Below are positions 8,413 through 17,656 of a stretch of 64,000 nt of DNA, in pieces. Within the stretch, counting starts at the first letter, position 1. Every line of letters starts with the position of its first letter. The DNA comes from Lachnospiraceae bacterium. GTDB lineage: Bacteria; Bacillota; Clostridia; Lachnospirales; Lachnospiraceae. The notes under the pieces are model-generated. The model did not search any database and was not told the origin of the DNA. It was given only the letters and a program-made list of their open reading frames with translations. A program made the position numbers and the translations under genes. Location: the NCBI GenBank assembly GCA_035270785.1, contig DATESN010000071.1, positions 137 through 64,136 of the forward strand. Direction: 5' to 3'.

Positions 8413-9687
8413 TCACACATCGCCTTTACATTTTTTCTTTGCCAAAAGCGTTCTGCTTATAAACGCTCCAAAAACCAAGACACCTGCTATCGAGGCTACA
8501 AAACTTATGAGCATTTCAACTCTGCCGGTAGATACATAATCTACAATTTGCAGAATGGAACCGATAATAGAAGTAAGTCCAAATATAGCAATAATCATTC
8601 CTATAGTGCTTTCTCTCTTTGAATCAATTCTCTCTTGTTCTTCATTGAGTAGATTTATTTTTTCTTTTATCTCCATAATAGTTTCATTTATACCATTTAG
8701 CTCTATAAGTAGGCGATATGTATCACATACATTATTCCAACGGGATATCTGCGACGGGACAAGAGTCCCATATGCTATAAATTTCATTGCCTTTCTCTTT
8801 AAATCCTGAATGCTTTTCTTTAGCATTGCAGACGGATTATTTGATATGTATCTTTGATGTATTTCCTCATTTAATAGCATACATGTATATTTCTGATACA
8901 TTACAAGCATGGTAATTAACAAATCATCGTTAGCGTTTTCTACAAGTGGGGCTTTTCCTTTTGAATAAGCATAAGATATTTCCTGGGATGTAATTGAGCA
9001 TCCCCAGCCATAGTCCTTAGAATCTACATCTCTTGCTCCAGTAACATACTCAACATCTTTTTCCGATAAATCTTCGAAATCACGAGATAAGTTAATAATT
9101 CTATGCTCGTTATAAGTTATCTTGTTTATGATGTCAGTCTCTTTAAATCTATTTGGAACATATGCGACATTAAGTCTATAGGCCTCTTTCAAGATAAAGC
9201 TCTGTGATTTTATATCTGTAATAAACCATCGCATTTGGGGCTTTAACTGGCTCAAAATCTTGTCGCTTATATTTTTCAAGAATAAGGCCTGGATGTTTTT
9301 TAATTCTTCATTCTCATCTGTATATCCTGGATATATAAATTTATATATCGACCCAACATTTCCATTATAATAGGATAAATACGCAGAGAGAAATGCTATA
9401 CCATTATCAAATACAAATAATTGCAAATCAGTAATAGATATTTCCGTATCTAATTGAATCGGATCCAGTTTAACGTCTAATTTATAGCGCCGAACAAAAT
9501 TCCCATCCATACTACACTTATTAGCCAATAATTCAATGAAATCACTCGACTCAAATGGAATGGGTTTGCTTTCCATAATTGACATATCTTTAAATTTAAT
9601 TTTTACATCATACTTGAGCGGTAAAATGACAAACATTCCCCGCTCAATATAATATTTATTCTCGATATGTTTCCAGTATTTTTCCAT
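8413..9687 (-). CDS. CorA-like-architecture membrane protein with a soluble N-terminal domain, a coiled coil and 2 C-terminal TM helices; lacks the GMN motif
   Basis: 424 aa. The C-terminus reads EIKEKINLLNEEQERIDSKRESTIGMIIAIFGLTSIIGSILQIVDYVSTGRVEMLISFVASIAGVLVFGAFISRTLLAKKKCKGDV. That gives two hydrophobic helices, a short loop and a basic tail. No GMN motif is present in the loop. Confidence 0.5.
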   Translation of the reverse strand: MEKYWKHIENKYYIERGMFVILPLKYDVKIKFKDMSIMESKPIPFESSDFIELLANKCSMDGNFVRRYKLDVKLDPIQLDTEISITDLQLFVFDNGIAFLSAYLSYYNGNVGSIYKFIYPGYTDENEELKNIQALFLKNISDKILSQLKPQMRWFITDIKSQSFILKEAYRLNVAYVPNRFKETDIINKITYNEHRIINLSRDFEDLSEKDVEYVTGARDVDSKDYGWGCSITSQEISYAYSKGKAPLVENANDDLLITMLVMYQKYTCMLLNEEIHQRYISNNPSAMLKKSIQDLKRKAMKFIAYGTLVPSQISRWNNVCDTYRLLIELNGINETIMEIKEKINLLNEEQERIDSKRESTIGMIIAIFGLTSIIGSILQIVDYVSTGRVEMLISFVASIAGVLVFGAFISRTLLAKKKCKGDV

Positions 9688-9855
9688 TCACTTATGACCT
9701 CTCTAAAACATTTTAACTTATTATTTGACTCCCACATCTCAACCAACAAATACTTCACATGACTGTCTACACCCTTAAACCCATACTTTTTCACTTAGTC
9801 TAACACTTCTAAATCTCCTCAAAGCCGATAAATACTGGGGTTTTAAAGGCATTTT

Positions 9856-10761
9856 CTACAGTTCATATGGCGTCACTTGATAAACATAATAATTCAACCA
9901 ATTGGTATACAAAATATTACTATGTGCTCTCCATGTAAGATTTGGCTTTACGCTTGGATCGTCACCTTTAAAATAGTTTTTTGGAACATCTACGGATAAG
10001 CCTTTTTCAATATCCCTTGTATATTCATTGTTAAGGGTTATGCGATCATACTCAGGATGCCCCATTACAAAAACATGTCTACCTTCATGAGAAAGAGCTA
10101 GGAACACACCTGCTTCTTCCGATTCGGCTAATACGGTAACTTCTTTGCAGTTATGTAAATCTTCTGCTGATACGGTTGTGTGGCGGCTATGAGGTGCAAA
10201 AAATACATCGTCAAAACCACGCACCAGTGGGATCTTACGATTTGCTACTGTATGTTCGTACAATCCAAATATTTTTTCTGATAAGGCTTTCTTTTGTATT
10301 CCAAAATAATGGTAAAAGGCAGCTTGTGCCCCCCAGCATATATGCAATGTTGAAGTAACATGATCTTTGGTCCAATCCATAATCTCACAAAGTTCATCCC
10401 AATAATCCACCTTTTCAAACTCCATTTGTTCAACAGGTGCTCCCGTAATGATAAATCCATCAAAATATAGATCCTTCACTTCTTCGAAGGTTGTATAAAA
10501 CTTATTTAAATGATTCGCCGATGTATTTAATGACACATGGGATTTCACATTGATGAAGCTAATATCCACTTGCAATGGTGTATTCGAAAGCGCCCTTAAA
10601 AGCTGTAATTCTGTATCTTGCTTAATTGGCATCAAATTCAAGATTCCTACTCGAAGTGGGCGAATATCTTGATGCATAGCTCTATTTTCATCCATGACAA
10701 ATATATTTTCATATTCTAATATTTCCTTTGCAGGCAAATCTCCATTTACTCTTATTGGCAT
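9856..10761 (-). CDS. metA: Homoserine O-acyltransferase (MetA family)
   Basis: The protein starts MPIRVNGDLPAKEILEYENIFVMDENRAMHQDIRPLRVGILNLMP, a classic MetA N-terminus. I prefer the ATG at 10761 (SD AGGTGA) over the GTG at 10782 given in the track. Confidence 0.9.
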   Translation of the reverse strand: MPIRVNGDLPAKEILEYENIFVMDENRAMHQDIRPLRVGILNLMPIKQDTELQLLRALSNTPLQVDISFINVKSHVSLNTSANHLNKFYTTFEEVKDLYFDGFIITGAPVEQMEFEKVDYWDELCEIMDWTKDHVTSTLHICWGAQAAFYHYFGIQKKALSEKIFGLYEHTVANRKIPLVRGFDDVFFAPHSRHTTVSAEDLHNCKEVTVLAESEEAGVFLALSHEGRHVFVMGHPEYDRITLNNEYTRDIEKGLSVDVPKNYFKGDDPSVKPNLTWRAHSNILYTNWLNYYVYQVTPYEL

Positions 10762-10785
10762 ACTATCACCTAGCTTTCTCACTTT

Positions 10786-10890
10786 TTATTCCATATTTCT
10801 TTATTCCCTATTTTTTTATTCCCTAATTCTTTATTCCCTATTTCTTTATTCCCTATTTCTTTATTCCCTATTTCTATATTCAATATAATT
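10786..10890. repeat. Tandem 15-bp repeat, about 7 copies (TTATTCCCTATTTCT on plus, AGAAATAGGGAATAA on the gene strand)
   Basis: Units read at 10786, 10801, 10816, 10831, 10846, 10861 and 10876. Three consecutive copies are perfect and the outer ones are degenerate. The array fills most of the ligA-metA spacer. Confidence 0.95.
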
Positions 10891-10921
10891 TATCATCTCT
10901 AAAAATCATGAAATAATACTA

Positions 10922-12898
10922 TCACACATTACTTGGCATATCAATGTTATATTCCTTTATAAAATCCCCCTCTGTTAAAATGGGAATCCCTAATTCCTTG
11001 GCTTTTTTGTTTTTAGATGAATTTGATGCGATATCATTATTAATTAGATAATTCGTTTTATTGGTAACACTACCGGTTACTTTTCCGCCTAGTTTTTCAA
11101 TCATTTCTTTTAATTCATTACGACTTGAAAAGTTTTCTAGACTTCCTGTTATCACAAACGTTTTATTTAGAAGAATTTGATCCTTTTCATCTATTTGTTC
11201 CACTTCTATTACTAATTCTTTTATAAGATTATCAAGAATAATCTTATTTTTATCATTCCCAAAAAAATCTTTGATGGAACCTGCTATTACTTCTCCAATG
11301 CCATCAATTCTACTTAATGTTTCTATAGAAGCTTGTAATATGTTTTCTAAATCATAACTACATTCTTTACATAGCATCTTTGCATTGGCAATACCAATAT
11401 TTGCGATTCCAAGACTATAGATAACTTTTGGCAACGTCGTTTTTCTAGACTTTTCAATACTATTAATAAGGTTTTTATAGGATAATGTTCCAAACCCTGC
11501 CATCGTTTCTATTTTATTTTGATAACGATCTAAATGATAAATATCAGCATATTCAAGGATAAAACCCTTTCCAATTAATTTTTCCAACGTAGCTTCTGAA
11601 AGTCCTTCAATATTCATTCCATCCCTACTAACAAACAAGGAGAAAGATTTTATCTTTTTTACTTCACAATCAGGATTTATACAGTACAATGATTGAACAT
11701 CATTGGTTTGCTTTACTTGTGTGATTCCACCACATACGGGACATTGGCAAGGAATCTCTATACTGTTACTTTTTGTAAGGTTTTCTGCTATTTGAGGAAT
11801 AATCATATTCGCTTTATATACTGTTATTCGATCTCCGATGCCTAGTTTCAGTGCTCTCATAATACTTATGTTATGAACGGAAGCTCGACTTACTGTTGTT
11901 CCTTCTAATTCTACTGGATCAAATATGGCCACTGGATTAATTAAGCCGGTTCGGCTTGGGCTCCACTCAATTTCCTTTAAAAAAGTCTCTTTCAACTCAT
12001 CTTCCCATTTAAATGCAATGGAATCTCTTGGGAATTTTGCTGTTGTGCCTAATGACTTTCCATAAGCAATATCATTTAATGCTAATACCAATCCATCTGA
12101 TGGAATGTCAAATGTTGCTATCTTTACTTGAAACTGTTCTATCGTTTCAAGTAAATTTTCTTTATTTACCTTTTTATATTCTACCACATCAAAACCAAGC
12201 TCTTTTAAAAATTGAAATTGACTTTCTTTAGACTCCATATCGTCTATTTCATCTGCTTTCACTAGTGAAAATGCAAAGAATTGTACATTACGATTTGCTG
12301 CAACTTCATTATTTAACTGCCTAACGGATCCGCTGCAGAGGTTCCTTGGATTCTTATATTTTGCATCAACATCTTCTATTTTTTCATTAATCTTATTAAA
12401 TTCTGTATACGTAATGATAGCCTCTCCACGCAAAATTAATTCCCCTTGATACTTGATTTTGAGCGGAATATTTTTAAATACCCTGGCATTGTTCGTAATT
12501 ACTTCTCCTATTTCACCATTACCTCGCGTCACTGCTTTTGCAAGTTTTCCTTCCATATAGGTTAGAACGATCGTAAGTCCATCTAATTTCCATGAAAGAA
12601 TTCCTTCATTGTCTTGTATCCAATTTATTAAATCCCCTCTGTCCTTTGTTTTTCCCAAGGAAAGCATTGGTTTCTCATGAGCTTCTTTTGGAAGGTTATC
12701 CATCACCTCATATCCAACTTGTACCGTTGGCGAATTTGCTGCAACCATACCCGTTTCTTCTTCTAAGGCAACTAACTCATCATATAATTTATCGTACTCG
12801 AAATTGCTCATAATCTCGCTGTCATCTAGATAATAAGCTTTTGAAGCCTGTGTTAATATTTGAATTAACTCTTTAATTCTAATTATTTTTCGTTCCAT
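10922..12898 (-). CDS. ligA: NAD-dependent DNA ligase
   Basis: 665 aa ORF with a C-terminal BRCT region and a CPVCG zinc finger (CQCPVCGG). The layout follows the ligase order of adenylation, OB, Zn, HhH and BRCT domains. The likely start is the ATG at 12898 (MERKIIRIKEL), while the track starts at the TTG at 12919. Confidence 0.9.
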   Translation of the reverse strand: MERKIIRIKELIQILTQASKAYYLDDSEIMSNFEYDKLYDELVALEEETGMVAANSPTVQVGYEVMDNLPKEAHEKPMLSLGKTKDRGDLINWIQDNEGILSWKLDGLTIVLTYMEGKLAKAVTRGNGEIGEVITNNARVFKNIPLKIKYQGELILRGEAIITYTEFNKINEKIEDVDAKYKNPRNLCSGSVRQLNNEVAANRNVQFFAFSLVKADEIDDMESKESQFQFLKELGFDVVEYKKVNKENLLETIEQFQVKIATFDIPSDGLVLALNDIAYGKSLGTTAKFPRDSIAFKWEDELKETFLKEIEWSPSRTGLINPVAIFDPVELEGTTVSRASVHNISIMRALKLGIGDRITVYKANMIIPQIAENLTKSNSIEIPCQCPVCGGITQVKQTNDVQSLYCINPDCEVKKIKSFSLFVSRDGMNIEGLSEATLEKLIGKGFILEYADIYHLDRYQNKIETMAGFGTLSYKNLINSIEKSRKTTLPKVIYSLGIANIGIANAKMLCKECSYDLENILQASIETLSRIDGIGEVIAGSIKDFFGNDKNKIILDNLIKELVIEVEQIDEKDQILLNKTFVITGSLENFSSRNELKEMIEKLGGKVTGSVTNKTNYLINNDIASNSSKNKKAKELGIPILTEGDFIKEYNIDMPSNV

Positions 12899-12927
12899 GA
12901 AGGGTATCATCCTAATCAATTTATTTT

Positions 12928-13650
12928 CTATATCTTTAATCCTACTGACTCATAGAGAGTTTCTATTTCCTTACCAGCTAATTCTCTATATTCACCCGAT
13001 TGCAATGTTCCAATTTCTATATTCATGATTCTTATTCTTTGCAATAACTTCACCTCATATCCAAGAGTTTTGCACATTCTACGAATTTGTCGGTTTAGCC
13101 CTTGGGTCAATATAATGCGAAAAGAAAACTTACCAACACTTGTTACTTGGCATTCTCGTGTAGTCTCTTCTAAGTCTTTTAGATAAACACCTTTGCTCAT
13201 TTGGGCTAAAAAATGGGGCGTTATTTCCTTATCCACTTTTACTAAATATTCCTTTTCATGCTTATTCGCAGCACGCATCATTCGATTAATAAGTTCCCCA
13301 TCGTTAGTCATAATGATAAGACCTTCTGAATCTTTATCCAGCCTACCCGCATAGGTTATTCTAATGGGATAATTCAAGTAATCAGTGATTGTTTGATCCG
13401 CGTATTTGTCTTTTTCTGTACAAGTAACACCTACTGGTTTATAAAAAGCTAGGACTACTTTACTATTTTTATTCTCAACTATCTTTCCATTGAAACTAAC
13501 GGAATCTGTTTCTTGCACTTGATACCCCATAGTCGCCGTAATTCCATTTACAAGAACACGTCCCGCATCAATCATCTTATCAGCCTCACGCCTTGAACAT
13601 ATTCCACAATCAGCCAAATATTTATTTAATCTAACCATATTTTTACTCAT
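12928..13650 (-). CDS. rluF: RsuA/RluF-family rRNA pseudouridine synthase with an S4 domain
   Basis: S4 N-terminus (VRLNKYLADCGICSRREADKMI), catalytic GRLDKDSEGL, and HEKEYLVKV...QGLNRQIRRMC...RIRIMN as in RluF. Confidence 0.8.
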   Translation of the reverse strand: MSKNMVRLNKYLADCGICSRREADKMIDAGRVLVNGITATMGYQVQETDSVSFNGKIVENKNSKVVLAFYKPVGVTCTEKDKYADQTITDYLNYPIRITYAGRLDKDSEGLIIMTNDGELINRMMRAANKHEKEYLVKVDKEITPHFLAQMSKGVYLKDLEETTRECQVTSVGKFSFRIILTQGLNRQIRRMCKTLGYEVKLLQRIRIMNIEIGTLQSGEYRELAGKEIETLYESVGLKI

Positions 13651-13778
13651 AATTTTTATCCATTTCTATTCATTTATAAATAATGTTTCTTATTATTGTA
13701 ATCTATTATAGGTGTTTTGTCGAGGCTGCCAAAGGGTTTGAAAATAGATAAAATAAAACAACAATAATTTACTAATCG

Positions 13779-13807
13779 TAGTAAAAGGGTATTTAAAGTG
13801 TTATAAT
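13779..13807 (+). promoter_or_regulatory. Candidate sigma-A promoter of xpt with an extended -10
   Basis: TGTTATAAT (TGnTATAAT) at 13799-13807, with a weak -35 TAGTAA 17 bp upstream. It lies about 40 nt upstream of the xpt start. Confidence 0.4.
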
Positions 13808-13848
13808 GATATTGGTTTTATAAAAATAATCTAACGAGGTGATGTGTA

Positions 13849-14421
13849 TTGAAATTACTTAAGGACAAGATATTATCAGAAGGAAAAGTAGTAAATGAAC
13901 ATATTTTAAAAGTAGATAGTTTTATTAATCATCAGGTAGATCCAGTTCTTATGGACGCTGTAGCCAAAGAATTTGCTGAACACTTCAAAAATAAGGGCAT
14001 TACTAAAATTGCCACTATTGAAAGTTCTGGGATTGCTCCAGCCCTCTTCACTGCAAAGGAAATGGGACTTCCACTTATTATTTTTAAAAAACAACCCTCT
14101 CAAATCTTGTATCACAATTTATATCAGACAATGATTGAATCTTATACCAAAGAAACTTCTTACGAATTGACTTTATCTAAGGATTATATCTGTTCTGATG
14201 ATCATGTACTTATTATTGATGATTTTCTTGCCAATGGTGAAGCAGCTTCTGGTGCCATTCGATTAATTAGAATGTCATACGCTACTGTTGCAGGACTTGG
14301 TGTATTGATTGAGAAGTCATTTGAACCAGGACATGATAAAGTGGCCGGAAATGGGATCGAAGTATATTCACTTGCACGTATTAAAAAGTTAGATCATGAT
14401 TCTATTGAATTTTTGGATTAA
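13849..14421 (+). CDS. xpt: Xanthine phosphoribosyltransferase
   Basis: The protein starts MKLLKDKILSEGKVVNEHILKVDSFINHQVDP and carries the PRTase loop VLIIDDFLANGEA. TTG start with SD GAGGTGA. Confidence 0.9.
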   Translation: MKLLKDKILSEGKVVNEHILKVDSFINHQVDPVLMDAVAKEFAEHFKNKGITKIATIESSGIAPALFTAKEMGLPLIIFKKQPSQILYHNLYQTMIESYTKETSYELTLSKDYICSDDHVLIIDDFLANGEAASGAIRLIRMSYATVAGLGVLIEKSFEPGHDKVAGNGIEVYSLARIKKLDHDSIEFLD

Positions 14422-14456
14422 GTAATATATAAGAACAATTAGAAGAATAAAAGAAG

Positions 14457-14497
14457 AAGACCATTACAAACAACACACAGTTGCGGGTAATGGTCTT
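14457..14497 (+). terminator. Terminator hairpin between the convergent xpt and 14532..14963 genes
   Basis: 11-bp perfect stem AAGACCATTAC/GTAATGGTCTT with a 19-nt loop, followed by TCTCTT. Confidence 0.55.
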
Positions 14498-14531
14498 TCT
14501 CTTATATCATATTTCCCTTACATTCATATCC

Positions 14532-14963
14532 TTATAAATATCTCTTTAAGCTTCTAATATTGCTTTCTTGAAAATTTACTAATTCATTTGCTATTTCCAT
14601 GGCTTCTTTAGAGGAATTTCCATGCTGATTTAGAGACTTCCACATATGTGTTAAACCCCTGTTGTTTTCTTGAATCATAATCTCTGCAAGATGACTAGTG
14701 CTTGTATTTAACATGGTACTCATATGAATACCACTGACTAATTTTACATCTTGTATGGCATTTCCATGATAGGGATCCGCTTTCCCTGTAAGTAGCTTAT
14801 CAATTGATTTATTTCTTAATTCTGTGTACTTCATGTTTTGTTTGGATAATTGAAGCGCTAAATCATCGTCATACACTTTATCTTGAACAGTATCAATGGC
14901 TTTCATTGTCATTTCAGCATTTCTTTGTATTTCCTTATATACTTCAATATCCGCTTTATTCAT
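14532..14963 (-). CDS. Hypothetical protein, predicted all-alpha
   Basis: About 143 aa from MNKADIEVYKEIQRNAEMTMKAID. No motif was recognised. The coding call rests on ORF length, context and an SD-like GGGG. Confidence 0.5.
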   Translation of the reverse strand: MNKADIEVYKEIQRNAEMTMKAIDTVQDKVYDDDLALQLSKQNMKYTELRNKSIDKLLTGKADPYHGNAIQDVKLVSGIHMSTMLNTSTSHLAEIMIQENNRGLTHMWKSLNQHGNSSKEAMEIANELVNFQESNIRSLKRYL

Positions 14964-15041
14964 ACAAATACCCCGCAACCTTTTTCCTTAGTATTTCACT
15001 AAAAGAAAAAGAGTATGCAGGGTATTTATTTTTCATTTCAA

Positions 15042-16022
15042 TTATTGTTCAAATGGAAATTGAATTCCCCATTCATGACGAAGGGAATCCATCATCTGCA
15101 TGATTCGAATGATCTCTTTATGAGGCATCTGTGGACATTCGATTTGTCCTTTTTCCAATGCATCAATACATGCTTGAACCTCATATTCAAATCCTGTAAT
15201 TTGTTTTGGTTTTTTAATATAAGCTATTTCTTTATTTTCGGCATTATATGCTTTTACAGAATCAAAGTTATTGATATTCTCAACAATTACATATCCATTA
15301 GTTCCATAGATAATACCTTTTCTATCGCTAATACCACGCATAGTACTGCCGATATTTGCTATCTTACCATCATCGTATACAATAGAAATTGCATTTGATG
15401 CGTCCATTCCACTTTCTGTATAGGTACAACTTGATGTGACTTTCTTTATTTTATCCCCAAATATAATCGATGCAAAATTTAGAGTATACACACCCACATC
15501 TAACAATGCGCCTCCAGCTAAAGCTGGATCCTGAAGTCTTTGCACATGTTCAATCATATAGCCTAGGTTACAAGTTAAATAGACAGGATCACCTATGATC
15601 CCTGAACCAATCATCCCTTTGATAGAGGCTACCATTGGCATATATCTTATCCACATAGCTTCTGTTATAAAGACACCTTTTTCTTCTGCGTAGGCAATTA
15701 GTTCTTCCGCTTGTTTCGCATTCGCAGTAAATGCTTTCTCACATATCACAGGCTTTCCGTGTGAAATACATAATTTGGCATGTTCAAAGTGATGGGAATG
15801 TGGTGTCGCAACGTAGATGAGTTCGACTTTTGGATCATTTACTAATTCTTCATAGGAACCATATGCCTTTTTAAAACCGTATTCGGATGCAAAAACCTTT
15901 GCTTTTTCTAAATCTCTAGAAGCAACCCCATAGCATTGCACATTTTTCATACGCTTCATGGTTGTAGCCATTGTTTGCGCGATATTCCCTGATCCTAATA
16001 TTGCCATGTGTATTTTTTTCAT
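15042..16022 (-). CDS. Gfo/Idh/MocA family NAD(P)-dependent oxidoreductase
   Basis: MKKIHMAILGSGNIAQ (Rossmann GxGxxA) and EKAFT. The preferred ATG is at 16022 (SD AGGA). Confidence 0.85.
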   Translation of the reverse strand: MKKIHMAILGSGNIAQTMATTMKRMKNVQCYGVASRDLEKAKVFASEYGFKKAYGSYEELVNDPKVELIYVATPHSHHFEHAKLCISHGKPVICEKAFTANAKQAEELIAYAEEKGVFITEAMWIRYMPMVASIKGMIGSGIIGDPVYLTCNLGYMIEHVQRLQDPALAGGALLDVGVYTLNFASIIFGDKIKKVTSSCTYTESGMDASNAISIVYDDGKIANIGSTMRGISDRKGIIYGTNGYVIVENINNFDSVKAYNAENKEIAYIKKPKQITGFEYEVQACIDALEKGQIECPQMPHKEIIRIMQMMDSLRHEWGIQFPFEQ

Positions 16023-16154
16023 TTTATATCCTATCTGCCCGTTGCAAACGCGCACTCTTATTATTCGTTGAATATGCTTTTTTATTCAACAAAATTCATT
16101 TTAAAACCTGTTTCCAATTTAAAAGCTCATATTTCTATATTAACACAAAAAAAA

Positions 16155-16184
16155 TCTATGTCACTTGTTTTCAAGTAACATAGA
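16155..16184 (-). terminator. Rho-independent terminator after the SH3-domain gene
   Basis: Hairpin TCTATGTTACTTG-AAAA-CAAGTGACATAGA on the minus strand, followed by a T8 run. Confidence 0.65.
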
Positions 16185-16204
16185 TCGATTTAATTAAAAT
16201 TTAA

Positions 16205-17428
16205 TTATTTGACAAATTCTGTTTTCACATATGCCGTAGAATGATTATAACTAACTTTACTCCAACCATTTTTTAATGTTTCAATTAATTCAAGTTTTTC
16301 ATCTTTATAAGCAATACCTATTTTATCAGCGGTTTCACTATCGCTGGAACGAACATTGACATTTTCAAGTACCGTTACCGTACCAATGCTAGATTCCATC
16401 ACTTCTAAAAACTCCGATTTAATAAAAGCTTCTTTACCTTCATACTCAATTTTGCTCCATCCATTTGGTAAAGCCTCTAAACGAGTATAGGTTGCTCCTA
16501 CTTGGGACTTACCTAATTTATCAGCTGTTTCACTGTCGGATGATCTGATATTGACTACGTCTATTGTTTTTACTGTTTCAGTAGTTAGGACTTCTTCCAC
16601 CACTGTTTCTGCTTCAACTTCTTCTGGTACAACTTCTTCCACTTTTACTGGTGCCTTACTTGCTTCTAATGATGCAAGCGCCTCTCCAACGTCATTTTTT
16701 AACTTCAATGACAGTTCATCCATAAACAATTTTAAATCTTCGTCCGTATCTACAGCTTCATTATATTTGACTTGTACCATATTGGTTAAATCTTTAACAT
16801 CATCCTGTGTGGTAACAGTTTGAATATATGCTGTAATATTATCGTCTGTTTCTCCAGAATAAACGTACAACTCATTGTTTTCATTGGTACATAAATAAAA
16901 TGTATTTAACCCTGGCGCTCTGGTTTCAATCCCTTTAAATTTAACTTCACTATACACAAATGTAATATATGAATTTTCTAATGGCCCTGGCTTTGTATAA
17001 CAAATAAGATTATCATAGGATTCAAGATAATTACTCTTTTTTTCTATACGTATTATTTCCGTATCATCTGTATAACTTCGCATGTTGCTATATGTTTCTT
17101 TATCACCCTCTAACGAAGATTGATAATAAACCTTCATAAATTGATTAATCTGATCATATGCATTTTTTTCGAGAGGCGAATCGGGAACTATTAAAGCACC
17201 AGTGTCCTGATCAATAGATGCTACAACAGAACCTGAGTCTGCTATTGCTTTATCCTCATCTCTATTGTTTTCTACTAAAACAGTAATCACTACAGCAACT
17301 ACTAACACTATACTAACAAAAGCAGGTACTGCTATTCTAAAATTATCTGATATCCATTCCTTTAATTTAGGAATAACATTTTCTTTTGAGCTTTTTATCT
17401 TTAAAGACTTTTTCGTTGAACGTTTCAT
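16205..17428 (-). CDS. Membrane-anchored protein with two C-terminal bacterial SH3 domains
   Basis: N-terminal TM AVPAFVSIVLVVAVVITVLV. Duplicated SH3-like modules: VNIRSSDSETADKLGK...NGWSKIEYEGKEAFIKSEFL and VNVRSSDSETADKIG...NGWSKVSYNHSTAYVKTEFV. ATG at 17428 with SD AAAGGTGA. Confidence 0.75.
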   Translation of the reverse strand: MKRSTKKSLKIKSSKENVIPKLKEWISDNFRIAVPAFVSIVLVVAVVITVLVENNRDEDKAIADSGSVVASIDQDTGALIVPDSPLEKNAYDQINQFMKVYYQSSLEGDKETYSNMRSYTDDTEIIRIEKKSNYLESYDNLICYTKPGPLENSYITFVYSEVKFKGIETRAPGLNTFYLCTNENNELYVYSGETDDNITAYIQTVTTQDDVKDLTNMVQVKYNEAVDTDEDLKLFMDELSLKLKNDVGEALASLEASKAPVKVEEVVPEEVEAETVVEEVLTTETVKTIDVVNIRSSDSETADKLGKSQVGATYTRLEALPNGWSKIEYEGKEAFIKSEFLEVMESSIGTVTVLENVNVRSSDSETADKIGIAYKDEKLELIETLKNGWSKVSYNHSTAYVKTEFVK

Positions 17429-17453
17429 TATAATCACCTTTCTATTTGGTTAA

Positions 17454-17525
17454 TGCACCCGGCAGGAATCGAACCTGCATTAAAGGCGTCGGAGGCCTCC
17501 GTTCTATCCATTAGACTACGGGTGC
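17454..17525 (-). tRNA. tRNA-Arg (anticodon CCG)
   Basis: The minus strand reads GCACCCGTAGTCTAATGGATAGAACGGAGGCCTCCGACGCCTTTAATGCAGGTTCGATTCCTGCCGGGTGCA. I folded it by hand into a cloverleaf. The acceptor stem is 7 bp and the T-arm is GCAGG/TTCGATT/CCTGC. The anticodon loop CTCCGAC gives CCG. There is one C-A mismatch in the D-stem and no encoded CCA. Confidence 0.85.
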
Positions 17526-17656
17526 CTATCTCTGGATATTGTCAATTGTTACGAATTTGTTACAATCAGCAAACTTATATTATCACAATTCAACATGTTT
17601 GTCTAGTTCCTTTGTACCACTATAATACCTATAACCTTATAACCTTATTTCATCCA

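Noticed and set aside
9603-9794. 63-aa ORF upstream of and overlapping the 424-aa gene
   Set aside because: It overlaps the start of a much longer ORF in another frame. It has no SD and no recognisable motif, so it is probably chance.
10694-10888. 64-aa ORF encoding LYSLF repeats
   Set aside because: It is simply the translation of the 15-bp tandem repeat read on the wrong strand. It starts inside metA on the antisense strand.
10786-10890. Possible CRISPR array
   Set aside because: The units are contiguous with no spacers. They are only 15 bp long, and no cas genes are present in the window.
13701-13749. Hairpin (ATCTATT...AATAGAT) upstream of xpt as a possible purine or xanthine riboswitch
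   Set aside because: The enclosed ~35 nt are too short and lack the conserved purine-riboswitch loops and junctions. The best xpt promoter (TGTTATAAT) lies downstream of it, leaving only a ~40-nt leader. An Rfam scan would settle it.
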